The notes under the pieces: model-generated
The model's database searches: none
Told to the model about the DNA's origin: nothing
Seen by the model: only the letters and a program-made list of their open reading frames with translations
Source: Paraspadella gotoi
Taxonomy: Eukaryota > Animalia > Chaetognatha
Direction: 5' to 3'
Length of the DNA stretch: 64,000 nt
Assembly (NCBI GenBank): GCA_051294375.1
Contig: CM119264.1
Location: 1,161,923-1,225,922, forward strand
Program-made: the position numbers and the translations under genes
Shown: positions 26,307 through 38,897 of the stretch, piece after piece
How positions within the stretch are numbered: position 1 is the first letter of the stretch
Layout: the number at the start of each line of letters is the position of its first letter

Positions 26307-26711
26307 AATCTTCTCTTTCCACGATTTTCTCGCAATTTATTTCCATCAAATTCTGCATCGAGAAAACAGAAAAAAAAAAAAAAATAAAAAAAAAACAGCC
26401 GTAAAAACATAAGTGGGTCGCCTTCGCAAAAATGGAGAAGTTGATCTTTTCGCTGACAAAATAACCTTTGACTTATTATTTTTATTAAAACCAAATTCCA
26501 TCTTAAAATGTCTGAAAGTTAAGATTTCGCAAAATGTTATATTTTTTAAGTTATATTGGATTGCTTCTTTGTCAAGGACGTATCCCGTCTATACGTTTAA
26601 CTTGTCTGGCCGTTTAACTGTTCTTTAAAATGTACAACCACTATTTAATAATATTTATTAAGCACTAAAAGCAAAGGCGTTGGCGTGCCTCGAATACTCT
26701 GAAACAATGTT

Positions 26712-27118
26712 TTCGCCCTTGGGTTCCCGAAAACGGTTTATTTATGGGATGACCATAGTCATTTGGTTCGTCGTCCGTCGTCGTCGTCGTCGTCATCGTC
26801 TTCTTAATTTTTAATTTCTCGTGACCAAAAATCAAAAATTACAACCTCGTAACTTTATATCTAACAGAAAAAGCCCTGACAATATACCCTAATAACCAAA
26901 AAAAGACATACATTTAAAAAAATATTAGCTCTCATTTTTCTAAACAGTATTTTATCGCAAAATATATATCGCAAATATAATATTTTTCTCTTTAAACTGA
27001 AAAAACCCAAAGATTTTTGTTTAATTCCCTTTCGTCATCGTTTTTGACAAGATGTCAACTTTGACATTCCTATGTTTTTATAATGATATCCTCTTTCTCT
27101 CTCTCTTTCTCTTTCTCT

Positions 27119-27196
<78 letters not shown>

Positions 27197-27345
27197 CACA
27201 AAGACACAAGACGACATCGAAAACGCGAAGTGAAATCGTCTTCACCCCAAAATACGTTCACATCGAAAAATGTGTGAACTCTGGGACTTAAACGAAGCCA
27301 CTCACGGAAAGCGTCTCACGGGTTTCGGGAATGACCCAAGAGTAC
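26712..27345. mobile_element. Non-autonomous element with inverted ends and internal (GTC)n and (CT)n (duplicate at ~34385-35000)
   Basis: Left CTTGGGTTCCCGAAAACGG versus right CGGGTTTCGGGAATGACCCAAG. Confidence 0.5.
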
Positions 27346-27349
27346 CCAG

Positions 27350-27406
<57 letters not shown>

Positions 27407-27622
27407 AGAGAGAGAAGAGAGAGAGCTCAAAATTCTCGACCAATTTTTTTTTTTTATTTTCGTTCATAAAAAAAAGATTAAAAGTCGGAATATTTTAAAC
27501 ATTAAAAAAAAAAGAAATTCTTGGGACTTTTTATTCCTTCGATTTGATGAGAAAAACGAAAGAGAGAAGAAGAGAGAGAGAGAGAGAGAGAGATCGAGAG
27601 AGAGAGAGAGAGAAGAGAGATG

Positions 27623-27657
<35 letters not shown>

Positions 27658-28626
27658 GTGATCCAGCTCGGAAGTTGGTAGGGAGTGTGATTGAGAGCGG
27701 GCAACGGTATAAAAAAGAGGTTACAGAGAGACGAGAGAAGAGAGAGAGCGAGAGAGGAGGAGAGAGATGAGAGGAGAGAGAGGGAGAGAGAGAGAGAGTA
27801 GAGAGTAGAGAGATGAGTAGAGAGAGATTTTTCACCGCAATCAGATAAGTAAAGTAACTTTCACAAGTGCAAAGATTTATTTGCCTGTCATCGTGGTGTT
27901 CACAAACATGAAGAGAGAGAGCGAGACTCCGGGAGAGAGAGAGAGGGACCGGCAGCCGGCTCAGAGAGCCAGATGAAGACCGAGAGACGGAGAGAGGAGA
28001 GGAGAGAGAAACGGAGAGAGAGAGGGGAGAGAGAGAGAAGAGAGTGGCACTCGTATTCACAAAAAGATCTTCGCGCTCGAACATTCTCCTTCATTGTTAC
28101 GAAGCGACGTGCGTGATGTTCTTTCTTTTATTAAAATAAAAACATAAAAAACCAAAAAAAACATAAAGAAACAAAAAAAACAAAAAACATTGCGATTAAA
28201 AAAACCATGCGATTTTTCTTGACTCTGAAATCCCTCGGCTTGAATATACAGCGAGTATTTTGTCTCACCCCTCTATCTCACCCATAAAACAAAGAGGATT
28301 TGACGCTGATCCTTTGGATGACGTTCATCGTCGTCGTCGTCGTCGGTTCCATCGTCTGTTTGTCTTTTGTCTCTTAGAAATAATTTTTTATTTCTTATTT
28401 TTTTTTTAATAATTATTTTTATTGCGTTTCGTTAATATATTTAAAAGCTTTTCACTTACACCCTCAACATGCTTAAACTTCCACAGCGATTTTATATTTA
28501 GTTCGTTTACAATTTGTTTGCGTTGACACGGTGGACACTAAATAAATTGCTACTATTTGATCCTTGACCCGAAATCTCTCCTCTCTCTCCTCTCTCACTC
28601 TCTCTCCTCTCTCTCTTCTCTCTCTC

Positions 28627-28674
<48 letters not shown>

Positions 28675-28808
28675 CTTCATCCTGGGTCAAGCAAACAAAG
28701 ATTCGAGCAAAAGTCGAAAAAGTCACTTGAGGAAGACGACGGACGACGACGAACGACGACGACGAGAAGATAATGTATACCATCGTGATTTAACACCTCT
28801 CCTTTCTC

Positions 28809-28849
<41 letters not shown>

Positions 28850-29695
28850 TTTCTTTCTTTCTTTCTTTCTTTCCTTCCCTTTTTCCTAGAAAATGTTTTT
28901 AATTTCCTCGTTTACATTTTAATCGCTGTTAAAAATATTTTCGTTTAAAATGGATCCAATCTTTTATTTTTTATTTTCTTCACCATGAATTTTCCTAGTA
29001 CACAAGAAACATGACGTTGTAAATCAATGACGAGCTGGGTTGGACAAATCAACTGTAAGTGCAGTTGAAAGCAATGCACTTGTTTGCAGCGCCATGAATT
29101 TGACCCAGAGAAGCGCTCTATAAGGGTTTGCATTCTTGCAACCTGACAAAGATTTATTGTAATAATTTTACAAAGGTTAATTAAACAGTCTTTAGCACGG
29201 GGGGTGGGGCTGAATAAAAAAGAAAAAGAAATCGAGGGGAGACAGAAGGAAGAGCTAAGAAGAAGATCAAGGGGAGGAGAGAAGAGAGAGAATGACATGC
29301 GATGCCTTCTGATAGAAGAGAAAGGGGAGAGGAGGAGACCAGAAGCGAGGGAGCATGTAAGGGGGTGACGATCTAAACCTGACTGCCAGGCTGGAACGGT
29401 AGCCAGAGATGCCCGACTGAACGATGTCTCACGGAAGCGAAGACACGGTGCGAGGTTCATAGATCGACCAGAGCAGGACGCATGAGCGGGGCGAGAGCCT
29501 TTCTGACGCGAGCAAACTTTGCACAGAGGTGCAGGAAGGAAGAGCACCGGCGATGAAGAGCCCGAGCGATGGCATCGTAGACCACGGAAGATCTCGCCGC
29601 GCAGAAACAGACCGGAAAAGCTAAGGAGAAACAGAGGACCGTGAATCAACGTAAAGCAGAGCGAGGGAGAAGAGAGGGAGAGAGAGAGAGAGAGA

Positions 29696-29760
<65 letters not shown>

Positions 29761-29882
29761 TAGAAAGAGAGAGAGAAGAGAGAGAGAGGAGAGAGAGAGG
29801 GGAGAGAAAGAAAAAATTATTACCATGGGAATTTCTTTTATCTCCTCCTCTTTACTCTCTTTCTTCTCTCTCTCTTCTCTCT

Positions 29883-29921
<39 letters not shown>

Positions 29922-32900
29922 TCATCTCTCTCTCTCTCTTCGAAGATAATGCCTTCTCGAGGGCGGAGGGGAATTCGGTGCCACCGGTCCGACAAGCCGA
30001 CGAAAATCGGGGGACGGGAACAAAAAAACAAAAGGGGGGGCGACCTACAATTAACAAAACCGACAAAACACACTGCCCCGGAATTGGAATAGGAATAACA
30101 ACAACAACAAACAACAACATTTGGACAAACGACAACTGAGCGACGGACGAATTTTCTCAAAATTTGTCGTGAACTCAATTTCATTTTTGTTTTTCAAAAA
30201 TAAATTAATAAGAAAAGAAAGTGTAATAAAAAGAGGCCTATATGTTTCCCAGCTCGCCGCAATGTTCAACTTAAATTATAATTTTTAAACAACTTTTTAT
30301 GGATTAAAGATTGGGCTAATGGGTTTAAGATTAGCGTTTAGGAATTAGGGTTAGGGATTAGATTAAATATTTATGGTTAAGGAACTAAAGTTTAGTTTAA
30401 TTAAGTTCAGTGGATTAGCGGTATAGCATTAAAAATTATTGATTTAGATTAAGGTTGGGATCTTTAAATTAAATAATAAAATTCAGGATACCGAAATTGG
30501 GTGCTTTTAGGAAAAGTTTTGGCGAAGTGAAGATGCGAAAGACAAACCGTAGAATTATAAAAAGAATATTAAAAAAATTAAAAAACTAAATCTTCTGGTT
30601 TTCGCTTAGAACAGTAGAAGCTTCGTGTCGTTAATTTATTGTGATAAAAGTGAGGTTGTTACTGAGAAAAAAACATAACAAAAAATTGTATAAATTAAGA
30701 AGCTATAGTCGCGACAAACTTTGAGCTATTATTTATAGAATAATAATTAAGCATTTCGATTTTACGTTTTAAAATGTTTTTTTAAACAAATAAAAAAAGA
30801 AAAAAAGAAGAATTAGAAAAGCGAAATGAAACGATAAATGAAACCAAAATGAGGATTGAAATGTTTCACACTCTCAGTAAAACGTTCATTTACCGACATT
30901 AAATTTTTTTTTCTTTGAGAAACCGACGACGTAAAAATCCTGTAAACATTTTAAAAGTATAAAACCACAAACAACGTTAAACATTTACGCTAAGAAACAG
31001 TAACAAACATAAAAAACTTAGAAAACCGCACAAATAAAAAAGACATTTAGGCCTTCGAATTTAAAAAATAAAAATGTTTTGATCGGCAAGATGAAAAATC
31101 GAAAACTAAATTTCGGAAAAGACATCTTTTTTTTAATATATTTTTTTATTTATAAGAAGAAAATCATATAAAAACGGATAAACAAAGTGTACGACGGTAA
31201 AAAAACACCGAAACATACACAAAAAGAAAAAGTGGCTGAGAAATGAAAAATATAAAGAACAACTCGAGGTGAGAAACTAAAGAAAGAATAAGAAGAGTTT
31301 AAATCCGGTTGTTGATTGGAGTCAAACAGTGCTTATGTCACAAATATTTGGCGAATTATACTATTTTGTCTTCGGCACGATTTCAATCAAATAGCAAAAT
31401 TCAAACCACTTGATTAAAAAAAATAATATTATGAAATTAGTACAACCAACTTGATCTAATTAATTAAAATCCAATTGACATTAATTAAATCAATTCGACA
31501 TTAATTAAATCCAATTGACATTAATTAAATCTTCATAATTAACATTGTAATTAAATCCAATTGACATTTAATTACAATCCAATTGACATTAATTAAATCC
31601 CTTCGTTTGATAATGAATTAAATAAAATTCGTCCCCGACTTTGTTACAAGTTAGGTTGGGTGTTGAAAATTTATATTAAATAAAGAAGATTTAATTTCGA
31701 ACATTGTCTTATGGAACGACCGTACAACAACAACGAACGACCAACAACAACGATAACAACAACCAACAACAACAACAACTAAAATGCGATAAACATGAAC
31801 CCAACTCCGTCTCATTATTAAAAAGGATTAAATTCGTCGACTTCGCGACTTCAAAGCCAAAGGCCAAAGTTTCTTTCCATTAATAAAAAATTGTCGTCGG
31901 TTTGTTGTCGCCTTTGTCGTTGTGAGAGAGAGAGAGAGAAGCAGAGAGAGGCAGAGGACGAGAGATGAGACGGAGAGGAGAGAGAGAGAGAGAGAGGAGA
32001 GAGAGAAGAGAGAGAGAGAGAGAGATGAAAAAAAATTCAATTTTCTCCCTGGATTCTCATTAATGCAAAACAAAAAAACTCATTCTTACGCTGAAAGTCG
32101 CAACTTTCCTTTTTTTGTTTTATTTCATTTTTTAAACGATATCTTTTTATCATTCATAATGTTTTTAGTTGAAGTATATACTACCTTGAACTTATTAACT
32201 AATTTAATAATTGAAAATAATATGAATTTAATATAACTCCGTAATCATATTCATGGACTTACTTTTCCAAATGTGCCCGATTTAGCTCTTTTTTCCAAGA
32301 GTTGCCCACTTTTTGGCCATTTTTTCAAGAATTTACATTAAACCATAATATTTAAGTCTAATTATTGAACTAAAAAACTTATAAACTTCAATCCGTTAAC
32401 CATCATCCCTAACATTACTTTCTGACCCTAATCCTGAACGCTAATCCCAAACCATACATCCTNNNNNNNNNNNNNNNNNNNNNNNNNAATAGAGTTGGCG
32501 ATCGTGTAGCTTCAGATAATGGTCGGTATGTTCATCCATTTTAACCTTGCTTTGGTCAGTAAAAAAATAATTAATAATTAAATGAAAAGTAACTTGAAGA
32601 TTTAAATTTTTTAAGAGTTTTTTTTTTTTTTTATCTAAAATTGCTATCGGTATATGATAATTGATAAATCTCTCTCGATAGGAAACTATAAAAAGCTAAA
32701 ATAATAATGGCGAATAAAACACATTTTTTTGTATGATAAAACCTTTTAAATAAGGCAAACAAAAAACAATATCAAGGCAGTTTAATCGCTTTAATAAAAT
32801 ATTTACCAAGCCAGAACAGAAATACAAAAGAAGTTTGAAAAGCCAACAAAAGAGGCGATAAGGTTGAAGGAACAAAGATTTTTCCTTTCTTACATTTGTG

Positions 32901-34786
32901 AAAATTACAAACGCTATTTCTTGCATTAGTGGCGTTCAGAGAACTGGTGAGCCCCTCCAAAAATTGTTGTTGGCGAGTCCAGTATATAAGTATTCAAGTA
33001 TTTAAAATATTTTTTTTCATATTTTCCACTGATTCTAAAATATTTAAAAAAAATTAAAACCTTTACATGTTTTAATATATTTTTTTTAGCCACATGAGCT
33101 CTTTCCCGGTTCCCTTTAGAGCCCTGGGTTTGTGGAGCATGTCCTGCCTCTTTTTACGCCTCTGCTTGCATATAATCATTATATCAAACAATATATTTTT
33201 TATTTGAGAAATAGTTGTTGAGAATAATTTTGACTTTAGTCCTCTTAACGAAATTATCATAAATTAACTTCACCCAAAAAATTTAAATGAATAATGAAAT
33301 AAAAAAATTATGTGAAACTTTTAATTTGTGGCCTTACTCTTAAAAATCGCTTTCTTTGCTTCATTTTCAAAAAAATGTATCATATTATCCTTTCACACAA
33401 TTGAAACATACTTTGAAATATTATACCACTTCATTGATAAGAAAGCCAGGTACTCTCGGAGTGAATCTAAAAGAGACTGAGAGAGAGTCTTGATTGAAAG
33501 CTTGCAGGGACCTGCTGTTTAATTATCTTGTCAGGGTGATGGAGGCCTAAAACCAGCCTCGCCTGTCCAAAGTCACGGGCAAGATAGCTTATTTATTAAT
33601 TGTTATATTGGTTGTATCAATTTCATTCAAAATGCATCATCGACTAACAAAAAATCTCAGATTTGATGGATTATGAATTTCTACCAACCTTTATTCAATT
33701 TATTCTTTTTATTTTACACTAAATATAAAAAAAATCACATTTACATTTACAAATTTTTAAGTTTTTATGGCAGTAAATTACAGCCATAAAATCTTTAAAA
33801 TTTGTCTTTTTGTTCTAATTGTTCGCTAGCGTTCTCTGGCGGGCATTGACGGTACTAACAGNNNNNNNNNNAACTGGCCAATACTCGATGACGAAGCTCC
33901 GAATCAACAGCCAATCACAGACGCCCGAGGATAAGACGTATTCAGACTCGTCCAATCAACCGAGAGTTCTCTCGACAGTCGTCCAATCAGAATCTTCTCT
34001 TTCCACGATTTTCCTCGCAATTTATTTCCATCAAATTCTGCATCGAGAAAACAGAAAAAAAAATAAAAAAAGAAAACAGCCGTAAAAACATAAGTGGGTC
34101 GCCTTCGCAAAAATGGAGAAGTTGATCTTTTCGCTGACAAAATAACCTTGACTTATTATTTTTAATTAAAACCAAATTCCATCTTAAAATGTCTGAAGTT
34201 AAGATTTCGCAAAATGTTATATTTTTAAGTTATATTGATTGCTTCTTTGTCAAGGACGTATCCCGTCTATACGTTTAACTTGTCTGGCCGTTTAACTGTT
34301 CTTTAAAATGTACAACACTATTTAATAATATTTATTAAGCACTAAAAGCAAAGGCGTTGGTGCTCGAATACTCTGAAACAATGTTTCGCCCTTGGGTGTC
34401 CCGAAAACCGGTTTATTTATGGGATGACCATAGTCATTTGGTCGTCGTCGTCGTCGTCGTCGTCGTCATCGTCTTCTTAATTTCTTAATTTCTCGTGACC
34501 AAAAATCAAAAATTACAACCTCGTAACTTTATATCTAACAGAAAAAGCCCTGACAATATACCCTAATAACCAAAAAAAGACATACATTTAAAAAAATATT
34601 AGTCTATTTTTCTTACAGTATTTTATCGCAAAATATTATCGCAAATATAATATTTTTCTCTTTAAACTGAAAAACCCAAAGATTTTTGTTTAATTCCCTT
34701 TCGTCATCGTTTTTGACAAGATGTCAACTTTGACATTCCTATGTTTTTATAATGATATCCTCTCTCTCTCTCTTTCTCTTTCTCTT

Positions 34787-34851
<65 letters not shown>

Positions 34852-36520
34852 GATACACAAAGACACAAAGACGACATCGAAAACGCGAAGTGAAATCGTC
34901 TCACCCAAAATACGTTCACATTCGAAAAATGTGTGAACTCTGGGACTTAAACGAAGCCACTCACGGAAGCGTCTCACGTTTCGAATGACCCAAGAGTACC
35001 CAGTGCTGAGNNNNNNNNNNNNNNNNNNNNNNNNNNNNNNNNNNNNNNNNNNNNNNNNNNNNNNNNNNNNNNNNNNNNNNNNNNNNNNNNNNNNNNNNNN
35101 NNNNNNNNNNNNNNNNNNNNNNNNNNNNNNNNNNNNNNNNNNNNNNNNNNNNNNNNNNNNNNNNNNNNNNNNNNNNNNNNNNNNNNNNNNNNNNNNNNNN
35201 NNNNNNNNNNNNNNNNNNNNNNNNNNNNNNNNNNNNNNNNNNNNNNNNNNNNNNNNNNNNNNNNNNNNNNNNNNNNNNNNNNNNNNNNNNNNNNNNNNNN
35301 NNNNNNNNNNNNNNNNNNNNNNNNNNNNNNNNNNNNNNNNNNNNNNNNNNNNNNNNNNNNNNNNNNNNNNNNNNNNNNNNNNNNNNNNNNNNNNNNNNNN
35401 NNNNNNNNNNNNNNNNNNNNNNNNNNNNNNNNNNNNNNNNNNNNNNNNNNNNNNNNNNNNNNNNNNNNNNNNNNNNNNNNNNNNNNNNNNNNNNNNNNNN
35501 NNNNNNNNNNNNNNNNNNNNNNNNNNNNNNNNNNNNNNNNNNNNNNNNNNNNNNNNNNNNNNNNNNNNNNNNNNNNNNNNNNNNNNNNNNNNNNNNNNNN
35601 NNNNNNNNNNNNNNNNNNNNNNNNNNNNNNNNNNNNNNNNNNNNNNNNNNNNNNNNNNNNNNNNNNNNNNNNNNNNNNNNNNNNNNNNNNNNNNNNNNNN
35701 NNNNNNNNNNNNNNNNNNNNNNNNNNNNNNNNNNNNNNNNNNNNNNNNNNNNNNNNNNNNNNNNNNNNNNNNNNNNNNNNNNNNNNNNNNNNNNNNNNNN
35801 NNNNNNNNNNNNNNNNNNNNNNNNNNNNNNNNNNNNNNNNNNNNNNNNNNNATGCGATTTTTCTTGACTCTGAAATCCCTCGGTTGATATACAGCGAGTA
35901 TTTGTCTCCCTCTCTATCTCACCCATAAAACAAAAGAGGATTTGACGCTGATCCTTTGGATGACGTTCATCGTCGTCGTCGTCGTCGTCGTCTGTTTGTC
36001 TTTTGTCTCTTAGAATAATTTTTTTATTTTTATTTTTTTTTTTAATTAATTTTATTTTTATTGCGTTTCGTTATATATTTAAAGCTTTTCACTTACACCT
36101 CAACATGCTTAAACTTCCACAGCGATTTTATATTTAGTTCGTTTACAATTTGTTTGAGTTGACACAGTGGACACTAAATAAATTGCTACTTTGATCCTTG
36201 ACCCGAAATCTCTCTCTCTCTCTCTCTNNNNNNNNNNNNNNNNNNNNNNNNNNNNNNNNNNNNNNNNNNNNNNNNNNNNNNNNNNNNNNNNNNNNNNNNN
36301 NNNNNNNNNNNNNNNNNNNNNNNNNNNNNNNNNNNNNNNNNNNNNNNNNNNNNNNNNNNNNNNNNNNNNNNNNNNNNNNNNNNNNNNNNNNNNNNNNNNN
36401 NNNNNNNNNNNNNNNNNNNNNNNNNNNNNNNNNNNNNNNNNNNNNNNNNNNNNNTCTCTCCTTCATCCTGGGTCAAGCAAACAAAGATTCGAAGCAAAAG
36501 TCGAAAAGTCACTTGAGGAA

Positions 36521-36552
<32 letters not shown>

Positions 36553-36590
36553 GATAATGTATACATCGTGATTTAACCTCTCTCTTTCTC

Positions 36591-36650
<60 letters not shown>

Positions 36651-37535
36651 TCCTTCCCTTTTTCCTAGAAATGTTTTTAATTTCCTCGTTACATTTTAAT
36701 CGCGTTAAAAATATTTTCGTTAAAATGGATCCAATCTTTTATTTTTTAACTTTTTCCCTTCACCAATGAAAATTGTGAGTTAGTAACAAGAACAGCGTTG
36801 GCATCAATGTGGAGTGGGTTGACAGAATGCCAACTTGTGTGCAGGAAATGCAATGCTGTTGACGCCCAGATGGAACAAGCGCTCCTCATAACGGGTTTTG
36901 CAATCTCGTTGCAACCTAGAGCTTAAAATATTTTTTTTTAAATTGTAATAAAAAGATTTACAAAGGGATTAAATAAAAAAAGCAAGTTCTTTAAGAGGGT
37001 GGGACTGAAGGGATTAAAAAAAGAAAAAGGAAATCAGAGAGCAGGAGGAGAGAGAGATTTGAGAGAGAGAGATGAGAGAGAGAGAGGAGAAGATTGAGAG
37101 AGAGAGAGAGTGTAGAGATGTGAGAGCGAAGTAGAGAGAGAGAGAGAGAGAGAGAGAAATAATTATTTACCTGGGAATTTTCTTTTTCTTCCTTCTCTCT
37201 CTCTCTCTTCTCTCTCTCTCTCTTCTCTTCTTCTCTCTCTCTCTCTCTCTCCTCGAAGAAATAGCCTTTCCGAGGGCGGAGGGGGAATTCGGTGGCCAAC
37301 CGCGTCCGACAAGCCGAAGCGAAAATCGACCGACAAAAAAGGGGGGGCGACCTACAATTAACAAACCGACAAAAACAGCTGCCCTGGAATACGAAGGAAT
37401 AACGCAACAACAACGAACATTTGGACAAACGACTAACGAGCGACGGACGAATTTTCTCAAAAAATTTGTCGACTCAATTTCAATTTTTGTTTTCAAAAAT
37501 AAATTAATAAAAGAACAAGAAGTATAATAAAAAGA

Positions 37536-37814
37536 GGCCTTATTTTCCCAGCTCGCCCAATTTCAACTTAAATTATTATTTTTTAAACTACTTCTTATGA
37601 TTAAAGTATGGGTAATGGGTTTTAAGATTAGGTTTAGGATTACGGGTTAGGGATTAGATTTATTATTTAGGTTAAGGAATAAGTTAGATTAATTAAGTTA
37701 GTGATTAGGGTATAGATTAAAATTATTTTGATTTAGATTAAGGTTGGATCTTTAAATTTAAATTTAAAATTAAGGGATTAACCGAAAATTGGGCGCCTTT
37801 TTAGAAAAGAGAGC
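37536..37814 (+). mobile_element. TTAGGG-MITE family member (duplicate copy at ~30235-30516)
   Basis: GGCCTTATTTTCCCAGCTCGCCCAATTT ... TTAGGG-like units ... AAATTGGGCGCCTTTTTAGAAAAGAGAGC. Confidence 0.6.
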
Positions 37815-38686
37815 AATAATAAGTTTTTGGCGGAAGTGAAATAGCGAAAGACAAACCGTAGAATTATAAAAAAAATATTTAAAAAAATTAAATTAAATCG
37901 GTTTTCGGCTTAGAAAAGAAGTTGGTTCGTTATTTTATTGTTAAAAGTGAGTTGTCACGAGAAAAAAAAGTATCAAAAATATATAAATTACAGAGAATGT
38001 CGCGAAACTTTGAGCTATTATTTAGAGAATAATACATTAAGATTTCATTTTACGTTTTAAATGTTTTTTTAACAGAATCAAAAAGAAAAAAGAAGAATTG
38101 AAAAGCGAAATGAACGAGAATGAAACCAAAATGAGGATGAAATGTTTCAACATCTCAGTTAAAAGTTATTCACCGAATTAATTTTTTTCTTTGAGAAACC
38201 GACGACGTAAAAATCCGTAAACATTTAAAGTTATAAACACAAACAACGTTAAACATTTTAACGTAAAAACGTAAACAACATAAAAAACTTTGAAAACCGG
38301 CACAAATAAAAAAAGACATTTAGGCCCCGAATTTAAAAAATAAAAATGTTTTGACTCGGAAGAGAAAAATCGAAAACTAAATTTCGAAAAACATCTTTTT
38401 TTTAATATATTTTTTTTATTTAAGAAGAAAATCATAAAAACGGATAAAAAGTTACGACGGTAAAAAAACACGAAACATAAAAAAAGAAAAGTGGCTGAGA
38501 AATGAAAAATATAAAGAACAACTCGAGGGAAAACTAAAGAAAGAAAGAAGAGTTTAAATGGTTGTTGATGGAGTAATACAGTGCTTATGTCAAAATATTT
38601 GGCAATTATACTATTTTGTCTTCGGCACGATTTCAAAATAGCAAATTCAACCACTTGATAAAAAAAATCATATGAAAATTGTACAA

Positions 38687-38830
38687 CCAATTGACATTAA
38701 TTAAATCCAATTGACATTAATTAAATCCAATTGACATTAATTAAATCCAATTGACATTAATTAAATCCAATTGACATTAATTAAATCCAATTGACATTAA
38801 TTAAATCCAATTGACATTAATTAAATCCCT
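38687..38830 (+). repeat. 20-bp minisatellite, ~7 copies (noisy copies at ~31450-31600 and ~48990-49155)
   Basis: Unit CCAATTGACATTAATTAAAT. Confidence 0.9.
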
Positions 38831-38897
38831 TCGTTTGATAAATGAATAAATAAATTTCCCCTGACTTTGTACNNNNNNNNNNNNNNNNNNNNNNNNN

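Larger units (their letters stand above)
32488..38872 (+). other. Redundant second copy of 22560-31650, lacking the 22701-24940 insertion
   Basis: Collinear high similarity; bounded by 25-N gaps. Confidence 0.9.

Noticed and set aside
28945-30135. 396-aa ORF
   Set aside because: Runs through (CT)n and an error-rich stretch that differs from the duplicate copy; no domain signal.
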